64,000 bases of DNA from Octopus vulgaris (lineage: Eukaryota): assembly GCA_951406725.2 (NCBI GenBank), contig OX597825.1, positions 17,236,001 to 17,300,000 of the forward strand, in the 5' to 3' direction. Shown here piece by piece: positions 25,948 to 40,065 of this stretch. The position numbers were made by a program, and so were the translations under genes. Under the pieces are notes generated by a model. The model was not told the DNA's origin. It worked only from the letters and a program-made list of their open reading frames with translations, and ran no database searches. Position 1 is the first letter of the stretch. Every line of letters begins with the position of its first letter.

Positions 25948-26148
25948 TATATGTATATATCTTTGACAGCCGGTGCTGGTGCGTTTACGTCCCTGTATCC
26001 TTACAATTCAGCAAAAGAGATGATAGAATAAGTACTAGGCTTGAAAGATAAGTCCTGGGGTCGATTTGTTCGACTAAAACCCGTCATAGATTTGCCCCAG
26101 CATGGCCGCAGTCAAATGACTGAAAGACGTAAAAGATTAAAGGAATAA
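25794..26148 (+). mobile_element. SINE family A, 5'-truncated and diverged
   Basis: ccactgcgtggccccttggg ... internal TA tract ... ctggggtcgatttgttcgactaaa...cagcatggccgcagtcaaatgactgaaa. Confidence 0.8.
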
Positions 26149-27181
26149 CACATTACATTTGAATTTAATGTTTATAAATTTATTTGCTAATATGGCTCAT
26201 AACAAACTTTATATAATGGCTGTTAGTAATTTCTTTATTCGGTTTTGATAAAGAAAAAAATATTCGTAAGCTTTACAGACGTGCGTGGTATTAAAAATTG
26301 GCTTAAATATATTTCCCAACGGCGTAAAGGTTGAAAATGATTGAAGTAAACATTTCTGGCTTGTTTTCCTCAGCAACAATATATAAATAAATTGTATAAC
26401 TTGTAAATTTGTATTTTTCAAAACCGAATTTAGTTGTATCAAATTTCAACCAAAAATATAGAACATTTTCACATCAATATAACATTTATTCCGTTGTGTG
26501 CCTATGAAAATCCCCTTCTTTGTCATAACAAACATTTCTTTTATTTTGGACAAAAGTGTGTAAATATCGTATGTCATGTAATTTATATTTCTCAAAGCAA
26601 TGACACTAAATTCACAATGCGTTTGTGATAATTATTCAAGAATGATATATCTGTCTGTGCATATTTGATCCGAAAACATTTTTTGCAAGTGATTAACGTT
26701 TGTGAGACAAATCATTTACAAAATGATCGTTATTTTCAAGTTCTCAATATTCCCACACATTTTCCTACTCATACACAAATAAAACATTGTGGTTTTAAGA
26801 CTACTACCTTTCTCTTGCCGTCTTTTAACCAGAATTCAACCACAACTGCAAGCGTGGTTGTACATAAAATCGCATCGAGATTCCTGTCTTTCTAAGCTTT
26901 ATCTTCCTAACTGCCTCCCATATTCATTGCATCACACTGACTTAGTAAAAATGCACTGAATACAAAAGTCGTTTTGTATTCAGTCTCTTGTCATTGAGTC
27001 AAAACTACATCTTGTCCACCATCACCATGCGGTCACTCAAACACGCTGTCATTAGAGTTTATGTATAACAACCGTTTGCATCCACCTGATCTATAACTAG
27101 CACTTCCACAATCATTTATGTTTATCAGACTTTCTTCCATATCTCTGTCTCTGTCTATCTGTATGTCTATCTGTCTGTCTG

Positions 27182-27215
<34 letters not shown>

Positions 27216-27866
27216 CACAAACACCCACCCACCCATATATGTATATATGTAGATAGATAGACAGATAGTAGATATAGATAGAGATATAGATAGATACGGA
27301 AAAATATATATGACTGATGTAAACTAAATTGCTCAAACCTTTATTTTCACAAGCAAGTTGCTCCTCCTTGAGAAATCAATGGATTATGTAAATTGTATGA
27401 ACTGGGGCATATGTTATGATTCATATTAGTGACGAACCTGAATATAAAACAAAAGAAACTGATTCAGCAACGGCATCAATGTATTAGGTCGACATGAAAA
27501 AGTTTTAAATTGTAATCTAGCATACACAATACTAAAGAACAATTAATTTTTCAATGTTATCATTCTAGCGAGACATTAGTTTAAATTCTAAAATTTCTTT
27601 ATTCAAAGACTATTGACAGAAATTTCAGTTAAAATATAACATTTACCAACGCTCGCCTTGAGATAGCCATTTGTGTTTGTGTGAAAGTATCTTAGGTTAA
27701 AGATTGTTTTGCGGGCTGCAAATAGTTACTTAAAGATACCCGTAGACCGAATAGTTACGAATGTTTCAAACAGGTGCGATTTTATCTAGCGCGTTGCTTG
27801 CGCCTTCTTGCACTTGACAATGATTCGTACTACAATACTCGTGAGGTACAGAACTTTCTTGTAGAA

Positions 27867-28026
27867 CAGGAGTGGATGTGTGGTAGGTAGCTTGCTTACC
27901 AACCACATGGTTCCAGGTTCAGTCCCACTACGTGGCACCTTGGAGCAAGTGTCTTCTGCTATAGCCTCGAGCCGACCAAAGCCTTGCGAGAGGATTTGGT
28001 AGACGGAAACTGAAAGAAGTCCGTCG
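27867..28026 (+). mobile_element. SINE family A, 5' half ending in the TA tract
   Basis: caggagtggatgtgtggtagg...gaaactgaaagaagtccgtcg. Confidence 0.85.
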
Positions 28027-28055
28027 TATATATGTATATATGTATATATGTATAT

Positions 28056-28100
<45 letters not shown>

Positions 28101-29429
28101 ATACATATATAGTAGAAGATACTTGCTCAATGTTGCGAACGTTGTAACCGAACCCGAATCCGCAGCGTTTGGCTGTGTGTATATGTGTGTCTCTCCTTGG
28201 ATGTCAGTATTAATGGACGTTTGCATGAGTCTGTGGCCTGCGTGCTTTCATATATTTGATTATGCATTTGTGTATGAATACTGCGAAAATATCATTCATT
28301 TTCTAGTCGTTTATGTGAACAAATCTTCAATAAATCGAATGATTAAAATGATTTAAAATTATTATCGACTTAATAGAATCCGATGCTATCGTGATATCGG
28401 TCTGATTCCATAGTTTTGCTATGAAGATGCAGCTTTTTCTCTCTCTTTTATTTTCCTTTTCATTTCTTTATAGAATCTGAAAACTCGATTAAATCTATTT
28501 AATGAATGCACGTAGTTTTAGTAACATCACGTGATAGAGTATCCATTTTCTCGTCCTATCGCTAGAAACATTATAATGAAAAAAAACAAAATTAATCATT
28601 GCCAAATAGACGCATACGTTCAGAAGTAGACAGACACACGCCGGGGTAAAAGTGTGACTGTATGAGCTTTTGCTTAGATAAATGTGTCTGTGTGGAAACG
28701 TATGGTTGTGTGTCATTGTTATGCAGAAGCCGGTTTGCGTTCGTCTGAAAGAAATAGCAAATATGTTTTTTTTTCTTTTCTCACTACGATTCGTGATCTC
28801 CTGATAGAACGACTAAATTTCCGATGTGCTTTATATTATATTTGTTTATTCTTTGATTATTTTTTTCATACATTTCACTACAAATTGCCTCCCAAAAAGT
28901 AATAATTTTCGAAATACTGTTCATCAACAAAACATTTTTCAGAAATATTGTTAATAAGAAAATATTATATTATACGTTTCATATTTTATTGCTAGATATA
29001 CAATTTGATATATAATTCCTATCAAATTATTGTGTCACATTGATACTGGGAAAGTATATTAACGTTTTTTAATATAAGAGACTCATGAAAAAATGTTTTA
29101 AGTTAATTAAGGAGAAAGCACAAAATGATGTTCCGAAGTTATATAGCTCCAGGTCAGCTACTATCAATCAGGCTCGTCATCAAATGCGTTGCCTCTCTTA
29201 CAATCTTGTCTTCTATTCATACGTAGCGTGTGTATCATCACTCTTCATAAATGAATCCATGACAGCGTTTAAGGGAATTGCACAGTGCTTTCCATTAGAT
29301 AGAGTGATACAGTAGACAGATAGTCGCTGTTGAATTGGTAACTGTTTCTCTTTCAGCCCATAGGCGTATCTGAATAAGCTAAACGATGTTCAAACGGAAA
29401 TGCGATCATACATTCTCCTTAGCTCTCCC

Positions 29430-29508
29430 TACACACACACACACATATATATATTACTATACACATATGTATGAATATATGTATGTATATGTATATATAT
29501 GTATGTAG

Positions 29509-29549
<41 letters not shown>

Positions 29550-29763
29550 TATGTATATATGTATATATATGTATATATATATATGTATGTAGGTATATAT
29601 ATATATGTGTGTGTGTGTATGTTTGTATGCATATATATATATATGTGTGTGTGTGTATTTATATATGTATGTATGTATATATGTGTGTGTATATATATAT
29701 GTATTTATATATATATATGTATGTATATATATATATGTATATATATATATGCGTGTGTGTGTT

Positions 29764-29803
<40 letters not shown>

Positions 29804-29830
29804 AAGAGAGAGTGAGAGATAGGGGGAGGG
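29430..29830. repeat. Compound (TA)/(TG)/(TATG) microsatellite
   Basis: Direct reading. Confidence 0.95.
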
Positions 29831-30477
29831 AGAGGTAAATGAATGACAAAATAATATAAGTTCCATATTTACCCACATTTGCTTACAGCTGTTCCTTAGA
29901 TCCGAACGATATCTTGTAACATCTGCTATATAGAAATGGTGTTGACCAAATGCTGGTTTAAATGATATAAGCGTTTGAAGCGGGGTCAATCACTTCAGAC
30001 TTCTTCTCCACCGGCGCATGCTTACGGTGTGAATAGCCAGAATATTGAGTTCTGCCACCGTTATTGTTAACAACATCAGAGAGAAAACAACATAAACCTA
30101 ATACATATGGAATATAACAATAAAGGGATATACTTAATAATACAGGTCAATGGTGAATATTATTGCCTTGTATTTTGATGTGAGGGTTAGGACCAGCTCT
30201 TCAGGAAATCTAGAGAGAAAATATGTTGACAGCTGATTTCTCTTCTATGTGTATATGAAGGGTTATTGAGCGTTGCTGTATAGCATCCAGTTCACGTTAC
30301 TTCGCGGGGTGTGCTTGTTAAATAAAATCGCTCCTTTTATCCGCAAGTTACCAGTGTTCCTTTCTGTATCAGATAGTTAAGGACAGGCGTTGATTTGGAC
30401 GTTAATGAGAATGAATAATAATTTAATCAGTATTTTTTGAAGATGTTTAAAACTCCATCCTTCTTTATGATATTTTT

Positions 30478-30843
30478 TTCCGTCATTTGATTGCGTCCAT
30501 GATGGGAATACCACCTTCAAGGGCTCCAGTCAAACATATCGACCCCATGTCTCGTATTTTATAAAGCTTAGTACTTATTCTATCAGAGTCTTTTGCAGAA
30601 TCGCTAACTGACGGGGACATAAACACACAGACACTGGTTGTCAAGCGGTCGTAGCGGAAAAGTGATGACATAAACATACACACATACGCACGCACACAGA
30701 CACACATATACATATACGACGGGTTTCTTTCATTTCCCATCTACCAAATCCAGATACACGGCTTTGTTCGGTCTGAGTCTATAGTAGAAGTCATTTGCCT
30801 AAGGTGCCACACTGCGAGACTGAACCCGGTATGTTATGGCATA
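30478..30843 (-). mobile_element. Diverged SINE family A
   Basis: gacgggtttctttcattt, tgcctaaggtgccac, actgaacccgg. Confidence 0.75.
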
Positions 30844-31477
30844 AGTTAAAATTTCTTTCTTCTCGAAAAGTTCGAGACTTCAAACTTCACTTATACTCCG
30901 CTGTTTCAAGTTCTTTCTTATACATAGGCACTGATGTAGGCTGTGTGAGCGTGAGGTTATGTAGAGATAATGTCAAATATGAGCAAACGGGCGTAGCCAC
31001 ATCACTGTCTTTTGCTTCCTCTCTTAATACTATGTTATTACTTTTTTAACTGACACTATCTATTCTGCTATACCTCATTACTTAACCATAATATTCCCGA
31101 CTGGATTAGATTAGTGCCCGAAACAAACACCATAGTTTATTGTTGCAGCCATAGCTATTGTCGTAGAAATAGGCATAAGTTCTATAATATTTATAACATT
31201 TAAACGAATTAAGATTTTAATTATTTTCATTACAATACATACACTCACATACACTCCTACATACCTACCTATCTACATGCATGCATAAATATATATATTT
31301 ATTTACATACTGCACATGCAAGGACTCCAATACCGCGCATATACATAAATGCATGCAAAAATACTCTATTGAGGTTGTAATTCCAGTGGAGCCTTGGATC
31401 TAGGTTAGAAACCGGCTCTTCTATTTTTTTTTACTTTGGCAACAAATATTGAAGAAAAAAAAACAAATAATAATATA

Positions 31478-31651
31478 GGCGCAAGAGTGGCTGTGTGGTA
31501 AGTAGCTTGCTTACCCTCCACATGGTTCCGGATTCATTCCCACTGCGTGGCACCTTGGGCAAGTATATTCTACTATAGCCTCGGGCCGACCAAAGTCTTG
31601 TGAGTGGATTGGTAGATGGAAACTGGGAGAAGCTAGTCGTATGTATGTATG

Positions 31652-31718
<67 letters not shown>

Positions 31719-31927
31719 ATGTTTATGTGTCTGTGTTTGTCCCCCCAAAATCGCTTGACAACCGATGGTGGTGTGTTTACCTCCCTGTAACTTAGCGGTT
31801 CGGCAAAAGACACCGATAGAATAAGTACTAGACTTCAAAAGAATAAATCCAGCGGTCGATTTGCTCGACTAAAAGGTGGTGTTCCAGCATGGCCGCAGTC
31901 AAATGACTAAAACAAGTAAAAGAGTAA
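31478..31927 (+). mobile_element. SINE family A, full length
   Basis: GGCGCAAGAGTGGCTGTGTGGTAAG ... internal (TA)(TG)n ... AAACAAGTAAAAGAGTAA. Confidence 0.9.
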
Positions 31928-33607
31928 GGGATACTTCTATACATAAAACGTACATGTATTCATACATATACACCTATCTGTACACACGCATTTTCGTTAC
32001 ATCTCTTGGTTTACTGAACTTGATTCGTGTGACAATATAGTACGTATTCCCGTGACTGTCTCCGCGTACCGAGCCAATTGATGCACACTACAACACAATT
32101 AACCACACAGCGTAGAAATATTTCTCTTACATTATTATTTTTTTCTTTTGAAAATCACATATTTTGTTGTTGTTATTATGTACAAATTTACAAATTTTAT
32201 GTGTATTTTATTCACTTCTGGAAATAGATAAAAAAAAGCTCGTTTAACCAAATATTTGGATTCGTGACAATGTTATTATTTTCTTTCGTTTTCTGCTCTA
32301 GTAATTCATGAAACAGCACATGAAACTGGACACTTAATTAGCCTAGTCAACAGAGTGTCAAACAAACTGAAAGCTTGATATTTTGCACGACTGATACGCT
32401 AACCCATGTCTATATTCAAGGAATAGCAAAATCGATTGGGCATGCACCGTAAATGCTATCCATATCTTATCATGTCAGAAAACACGATAACGAACGGATG
32501 AGTTGTTCGCTTAAACAACCCAATTTTTATGAACGATGGACCTGGTATCATAATTCAGACTACGATTGTTTCACACAATTTTACCATTCTTAAATCAGTA
32601 ATAGTGGATAAATAGATTTAATCTATTCAATTGTTCTAGTAACATAATCGAGTAACCGCCATGACAGGGAACACAAAAATAATTTATGACATGCAAAGCT
32701 AACTATTTTCTATTGGTATGTCATAAAACAAACGGCTACGCCGCCATAATTCTATTGGAAAAGCCAGAAGCACCTCGTTATAAAGCACATTTGTTAACAG
32801 AAAGACTAAACCCTAACGATAACTAAGGAAAATTGGAACATTTAAACCTCGTATAGTTGGGTAACGAATGAAAAGATAGGAAAAAAATTTTCCGCACCCT
32901 CACATAAAATATTTCTGAGCTTCATTATTAGTTATACATAAACGTCAACATGAATAAGTTTTATTTAGTAAATGTAGTGCAAGTCAAGTGAGAGAGAAAG
33001 AGAGGAATGAAAGAAACAGACAAAGTAAAAGAAAGGTGAGAGTGAACAAACAGACCAAGTCTGGGTCAAAGTGTGAGATTGAATTTATTGTTAGACCGTC
33101 TTAAAATAGAATAACGTTCGGTTCGTAATTTTTAAGAGATTTTTCAAAAAATCTTAGATATACACACATAGGTATGTACACACGTACTTACATACTACTA
33201 AACGTATACAGACGCACAGACATGTCTAACTTTATCACTGCTCATTCTATTCTGAATTTCTTATTCGTATGTCAAATTGGAAGATATTTGTGTAGAAATT
33301 CTAGGAATTTATTACGATAGATATCATTTAAAAAGCATTACATAAAATATTTTATTAACTTGCAAGATTATTTTTCCATTTAACAAATATTTGAAAATGA
33401 CTTTGGTATTAAATGTTTTCTTTTAAACAGAAATAATATAAAATTGTACAAGTGAAAGGCAAAATCATTTTTATGCTTGTGATAACGCTAATTTATGGCA
33501 GAAAACCATCATAAATTTCTTCCTAAATGGCAGGTGAATTGAAGATTCTTTTTCTTCATAACTATTGTTCGTAGTTTATGTCTTTCCTATAAGGTGATTT
33601 TTATTTG

Positions 33608-33685
<78 letters not shown>

Positions 33686-34384
33686 CATGTAGGCTATTAT
33701 TTGATTTGCATAGTTTCGCTTACAGATATGTAAGAAAAAACAATAAACGAAATGTTTGCTGTTCCATTAACCTTTTCTCCTCTATTCATAATTCATTCGA
33801 TATCATCTTCAAATGTTAAACGCATAACTTTGACCAACAAAATTCATGTCTCAACATTAGATTTAAAGTTTACTTGCTCAGATTATTATATGGACAAACC
33901 ATGTAACATTGAACTCAGCTTCATTTGTTGTGAAAATATTATGTATGTGGTACTTATGGAGGGCACCAGTCTTAAAATGGTGACTTGAGATGCAGGAATA
34001 ATTGAGTCGAATAAATGAATAACCTTAAGAAGTCTCATATGTGATTAATTATCATTCGAAAATTAGCCATGTATTGTCTTAGATGCTTGCGGTTATCACC
34101 ATTTCTATATTCTTTTCTATGTGTGGGAATTTCGTTGGCATAAGCCTAAATATCATCCATCATTCTTTCTATAATTTTACACTGAATAATCGTCTTAGCA
34201 ATAATTGGATGAATTTCCCCACAATTAACTGCTACAGCAGCAATTAAACATTGTACATACAGATACACACACAAAAATACGTACACACATTCACGCACGC
34301 ACGTGAGTACTTACGCACAGTGACAGTAATGCAAACAAACATACCCACACAAAGATACAAGTAAATATACAAAAACACACAGAC

Positions 34385-34606
34385 ATACATATATATATAT
34401 ATATATATGTACATATATATACGTATATATATATATGTATACATGTATATATATGCATATATATGTATATATATATGTATATATATATGTGTATATATAT
34501 ATATGTATATATATGTATATATATGTATATATATATATGTATATATATATATATTCGCATTCAACTATATACGTATATATATATGCATATATATGTACGC
34601 ATATAA

Positions 34607-34640
<34 letters not shown>

Positions 34641-34666
34641 GCATACAACTATATACGTATATATAT
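34385..34666. repeat. (TA)n/(TATATG)n microsatellite
   Basis: Direct reading. Confidence 0.95.
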
Positions 34667-35062
34667 GAGACGTTGGGCAAAAATGCTCATTTATCATAAA
34701 ACGATAACACCAACAGGACAGCAAAATTAATTAATGTAAATATTTAGAAATAAGTGAAGTGTTTCGTTTGGTACATCACACCACCAAGTATTTTGTAAAC
34801 AGAATATCCTTGACATAAGACATCGTTTATTTACTAAGCAATCATGAAATAGTATAGAGGAACACCCAAGATGGGAAGACCGTAAAATAATCACCGAACG
34901 CTACAACATCAATGGCAGAAACTTTGATAGCATTATTGTTTAAAGTGTATATTAAACCTTACATACAAGATCGTGGAAGACGTTAGTTAACACGACCTTA
35001 GATTGTCTTTCCCAGAGATAGATAAACTGCAGAATATGTACACACACACACACATATATATA

Positions 35063-35259
35063 GTGACGTATATTTGCCATTGAAATATGGATAACCCCTA
35101 AGGGTGGATGCTACTGTAGTTTGTAACCCCAGCAGGCCACCGCCTCCAGCTGGAGGCTACAAACTACAGTAGCATCCACCCTTAGGGGTTAGCCATATTT
35201 CAATGGCAAATATACGTCACGATGTGTTGTAGCTACTGTTTATAACTCGCTCTGAGATT

Positions 35260-35260
<1 letters not shown>
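35063..35260. mobile_element. Fold-back repeat family F, copy 2
   Basis: Arms ~35063-35127 and ~35155-35220 around the palindrome gcctccagctggaggc; the 3' extension runs into (TA)n. Confidence 0.8.
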
Positions 35261-35333
<73 letters not shown>

Positions 35334-35369
35334 ATGTATATAAACATACAATCACGCAAGACGAAAGAT

Positions 35370-35610
35370 ATTCTCCCATCAGGATAATGCTCGGCCACAT
35401 ACAACAACGATGACATTACAAATGCTGGAGTAGCTTGAATGGGAAACGATGCCCCACCCACCATATTTGCTGAACATTAGCCCTTCTGATTATCAGTTCT
35501 TCCGCAGTCTTCAAAATAATTTCGACTGAAAAAATATGAATTCTGTAGACAAGGTCAGTACTGGAGGAGTATTTTTCCTCACGGACAAGTGAATTTTGGA
35601 AGAGGAGCCT
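35370..35610 (+). mobile_element. Decayed mariner transposase fragment
   Basis: HQDNARPH and LEWETMPHPPYLLNISPSDYQFFRSLQN match mariner HDNARPH and HPPYSPDLAPSDYHLFRSL; in-frame stops. Confidence 0.85.
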
Positions 35611-35611
35611 G

Positions 35612-35987
35612 GGCCTCAACTATGCGAACCTGTTCTTTGGCTATGTTGAGGTCCAAATATTCGTAAATTTCACTGGTCTCACTCCCGAACTATATGGCCG
35701 TTATATTGACGACCTTATCGGTGCAACCCAACCTCACTCTCCCGCGAACATCTAAACTCCTACCTCTCTTTTGTCAAATATTTCCATCCTGCCCTCTACT
35801 TGTCCTGCACTATCTCTGACACCTCTGTTTCCTTTCTTGACATTTCGGTCAGCTTTCTTCACTCCACTCGTACCACAGCCATCCACTATAAACACGCATA
35901 CTCACACTCATACCTCAACTTCTTCTCCTCCCACCCTCAACACACCAAGCTTTTCATCCCATATTTCCCAATTCCTCCGTCTACGTA
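35612..35987 (+). mobile_element. Penelope-like reverse transcriptase fragment
   Basis: NYANLFFGYVE...YGRYIDD, then FHPAL, SVSFLDISV, HSYLNFFSSHPQHTKLFIPY and QFLRLR; frameshifted. Confidence 0.9.
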
Positions 35988-38049
35988 CACTTTTTTACCA
36001 AACTTGTATATCTTGTCCTTGCCTCTCCCTTTTCTATTGTCTCAGTAATCCTAATTTATTGAACCAGAAACAAAATTCCAAATTTCTTTCCCTACGAAAT
36101 ACAATTTTCATTCTGAAGAATATAAACTTCACTTATACTCCGCTGTGACAAATTCTTTCTTTGATGTATCTACTTCTTGTTTTAATTCTTGCTGACGCAA
36201 CACATAATTATTTCCCTGTGACTATACAATATTTTACTTTACTTCCGTTCTTTACATAGAATTACCTACTTCAAATATAACAGTTGAGAAAAATTGCTCC
36301 GCCAAGCTGACTTAATTAAAACTGGTTTATAGATACATGATGTAGAAGCCAATGGTTTTGATCCATTCAATGTACCGTTATAATGTGTCTATTTGATATC
36401 GACTGTGGACTATGGAATATTTGATATCAAAAATTGATGTCATTTTTAATATTACAACCTCACATTGTATAAACAATACTATACTTTTTATGTCGATAAC
36501 ATGATACTGCGCAATAGAAATGATGTTGTGTATTGATATAACATCTATAAAGTAAAGAAATGCAGTGAATATGAATCTCGAAACATTTTGGAGGATTTGC
36601 AAAAATATATTTCCTTTAGCGCATCGACATGTCTATTCATATTGTGGGTACAATTCAGCCAAGTGCAGATCATAACGTTACAAGATAAACAATGGTATAT
36701 GCGTAGCCATATTTTCGAGACAGAAAACCAAACTGTAAATATACAGAGATTTCTTATCTATGACCAAGGAGCACGTATACTGTATGCTTTAATCTGTGTA
36801 CATTACATTATCAAGGGGCCTGTTCTGTGTCATTGGCTAAATAAGAACTAAGGAACATTTAAGGGTTGGCAAAATTGACTGTGGAAATTATTTTGTTATT
36901 GACGGTTTCCCTTTCACACACATATCTTTAAGCGAAGGCTAGCTCGATGTTGCTTTATTCGCATCCCAAGTGATTTGCGATCACATATGAGCAAAACTCG
37001 ATTTCCTTCTTATATTTAGCATGAATGATTTTTCTTTCTAGTTAATGAGAAATGTTTTAGGAGTGTCTTCGGATATAATATTAAGCATTAATTTTAAATC
37101 ATATTTCATGCTATCATGATATCATTACATAATTGTGCAACGGAAATGTAAATTTTAAATATGAATATGTATTTCGTATTTCTTAGAGAAATATGATCTC
37201 ATATCAAATTTGTTTTATCTATCTGAAAAATGTTTTCCACCATGGGACAAAATATTCTATTCTCTTCTCGCATACCCATTTTATTACAATGGTTTAGATT
37301 TGTTAATATCCAACAGACAAGAGAAATGTTATAGACTGATGTGAGAGACAGGTTAATTTAGATTATCGGAAAAATGATCTTCGCTATATGCATTAAAGGA
37401 GAAAAAATATTCAGATACGAAAACTACATTTAGCATAGGAAAAATATAAACCATAAATAATGAACGTGAAAGCAACATAACGACGCTGGAGCCATTGCCA
37501 CTATAACTAAAACGCTTAGAAAAGAGTTAATAGGTTTTATGTTGTTTGAATAAAAGTAAGTACGTCAAAGGAAATCTTCTTAGAGACACAGCGATGAGAA
37601 TAAAACGAGTATTCTCCTTTGTTTGTCTGTGATAAAAGAAAACTGTCTTCTTCCACATTCAGACAAGGTTGAGAGAAAGCATATCATACGAACCATTTTC
37701 ATTTTTCCCCATTTATATATACAAGGAAGGGGAACATAAGTAAATGCTGTCTTTTCTGCTTGTTGTCGATATTCAATTACTGCTATTTATATTCTTCATA
37801 GAAGGAAATCTTGTTAGTGCTTACATATATGGTGGAGTCTTTGATATTCCATTTCTAAACACAGGATAGGACTTAAACTAACAACGTCTTTTGATTGTCT
37901 TTTTGAAAGAGAGTTATTCATGCGACAAGGAAAAAAATGTAATGTCATTGTAATAGAGTGCTAGAAATCGTAAAACTATGTCTTCAGTTTTCACCCTTGT
38001 AAAATCATATAGCAGCCGCCCGAGATTATGTATGGGAAGAAATGTCCCA

Positions 38050-38620
38050 GAATATTGTAAGGTGAAGAAGTGTAGTTATAATGCAGATTAACATATCTGC
38101 ATGTTTTAAAAGAAATAACGCTTCTGCTTGGTGTGATCATTATCAAATAGATGTACATGCTATACAGAACCATAATACTCACAATGAACACAAAGGGTAA
38201 TAGGGTGTTGGTTATGATTTTACCCAAGATGGAGTTGCCGAGACGAATAAAATGATACGTTCATCAAGTTGGGCGATATGTTACGATTGTTATTCGCTTC
38301 CAAATATGAGAAGATGGCACCTCTGAGAAATCAACGGTACACTTTCACAAACATGAGCAACTTCATCAGAAATAATAACTGTAATTGCCTATGTTTTAGA
38401 TTCTGTGGACACTGCATTGCAACAAGGTTACTATGTAGGTGGATGCATTTAATTTTGGCAGGTATAATACTCCAAACACCGCAATGAAGTATCCACGCGT
38501 TTCTCGCATATCGAAGAATGTCGGTTCTTGATTTGAGCTGTATTTGGATTATAATGAAGTGGTGCTACATTGAATGACAAATTTATTCTCTCAAACCTGC
38601 CTTTCTACACCATAGGCAAG
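38050..38620 (+). pseudogene. Possible decayed Helitron Rep-linker fragment
   Basis: Scattered peptides (HQVGRYV and an HL..NQR-like segment) resemble Helitron GRYIS..EA and HLE.GQRVYF motifs; heavily degraded. Confidence 0.3.
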
Positions 38621-38895
38621 TCCAGGCAACAAGAGATATGCTACGAACGCAGTAACTGCACTATATACGTGTTATTCTGAGAAAGGGTCTCCTAACAGTA
38701 TTCAAGGATATACCTTTTTTTATAAGTTGACATTTTGCTATTTTCGTTTTCTTCCACAGAGTCGATCAGAAAAGCTATTTCTACATACGTAGAGTGACAA
38801 GTCTTTAAATAATTTCACTGAAACTTTCCTGGTTACAACCAGCCTGATTTTGCTGCCACTCGATGTATTTTATTGATAAAGAGGTGATACACTGA

Positions 38896-40018
38896 CGTGA
38901 AGTTCTTGCCCGGTAGAAGGGAGTGGCACATAAACTCCCCTCAAAACAAAATTTCCTTCCAAAGGTTCTGTCCATAACTGACACCCTATAGCGATGTGTA
39001 CATTTTTGGTGATTGCCTAATTGGTAGATACCGTAATTTATCCGTAAATATCGAGTTATCTTTCAATGCTGTTCGTCTGAAGACGGGAGATAAATTTAGT
39101 GACACAAAGGATGCTTTCCATTTGTAGTCACCTTCAAAGTTTTGCATGCGTGTTTGTTCCCGTTTAGTGAGAAGGAACGGCAATATATTATTGATATATA
39201 TAAATAATGTAACGTTGTGTTTTGCAGGTGAAAAGAATTTGACGTGAATTTGTGGTGTCTCAATTACTTATAGATAGCAGAAATTAAACATTGTTAGAGC
39301 TAAGTTTTGAGAAATATTACGACATGGGAAACTGGAACATATTTTAATAAATAAAGTATGGTTCAGTGGAAATGTATACATTGGGATCCCTAAGAGAAAT
39401 AGTAGTTTTTCAAAATTGTCACAAGTACGTCTTAGATATGCAATTCTCATTTCCACCCAGAATGCGTGATCCTCTATGGAAATCACTATAACAGATTATA
39501 ACATCCACCACTGGGTCAGTTTTGCTGCCACACACAGACATTGTATACTTCATTTGAATAAAGGACTTACCCTAATAATTGGCATTAAGTCCTTTTCCAA
39601 CAGTCTCTAAATTCTATAGCAAAGTCATATGTTTTAAATTTCCTATTTCTACCGGTAATATGGTGTTCTCTGCGCTTCAGAGGTTGATGACCTCGTACCA
39701 CCTATGTTCAGCTACTCACAGCTCCACCATTCCTCTTCTTCTTTTCATTCAAATTATGTTCACTACCTTAGGTACCGCAAGAAAGAAACATATACATTGT
39801 TTCCTCTTCAGGATGCGAATTCTCTGGAAGCCTCTAACTACTTTCTGTTCAGATTGAAGGACAAGTCGGTTGTCCGTTCCTTCATATTAATACAAAATAA
39901 ATGCATTGGAGATCTTCAAAACGCTCCTCTATATCTGTGTTATAGATAAAATAAAAAAGAATTCCGTGTTAACGATATGAGCTGAGATGAACAAGAAATA
40001 AATTGGAATCATTTCCAA

Positions 40019-40065
<47 letters not shown>

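Noticed and set aside
30150-30212. Minus-strand CUGAAGA-GCUG hammerhead start
   Set aside because: No matching GAAA, stem III or stem I partner found downstream
33752-33988. C-type-lectin-like DKPC...FIC motif in this ORF
   Set aside because: Too short, lacks the conserved Trp and the rest of the domain
39785-39815. Minus-strand CUGAAGA-G-GAAAC, with similar cores near 38365 and 55578
   Set aside because: No stem II or stem I can form; chance matches
39560-39930. Possible CR1-like LINE 3' relic on the minus strand; a similarly faint RTE-like tail at 60090-60340
   Set aside because: Too degraded to support by eye
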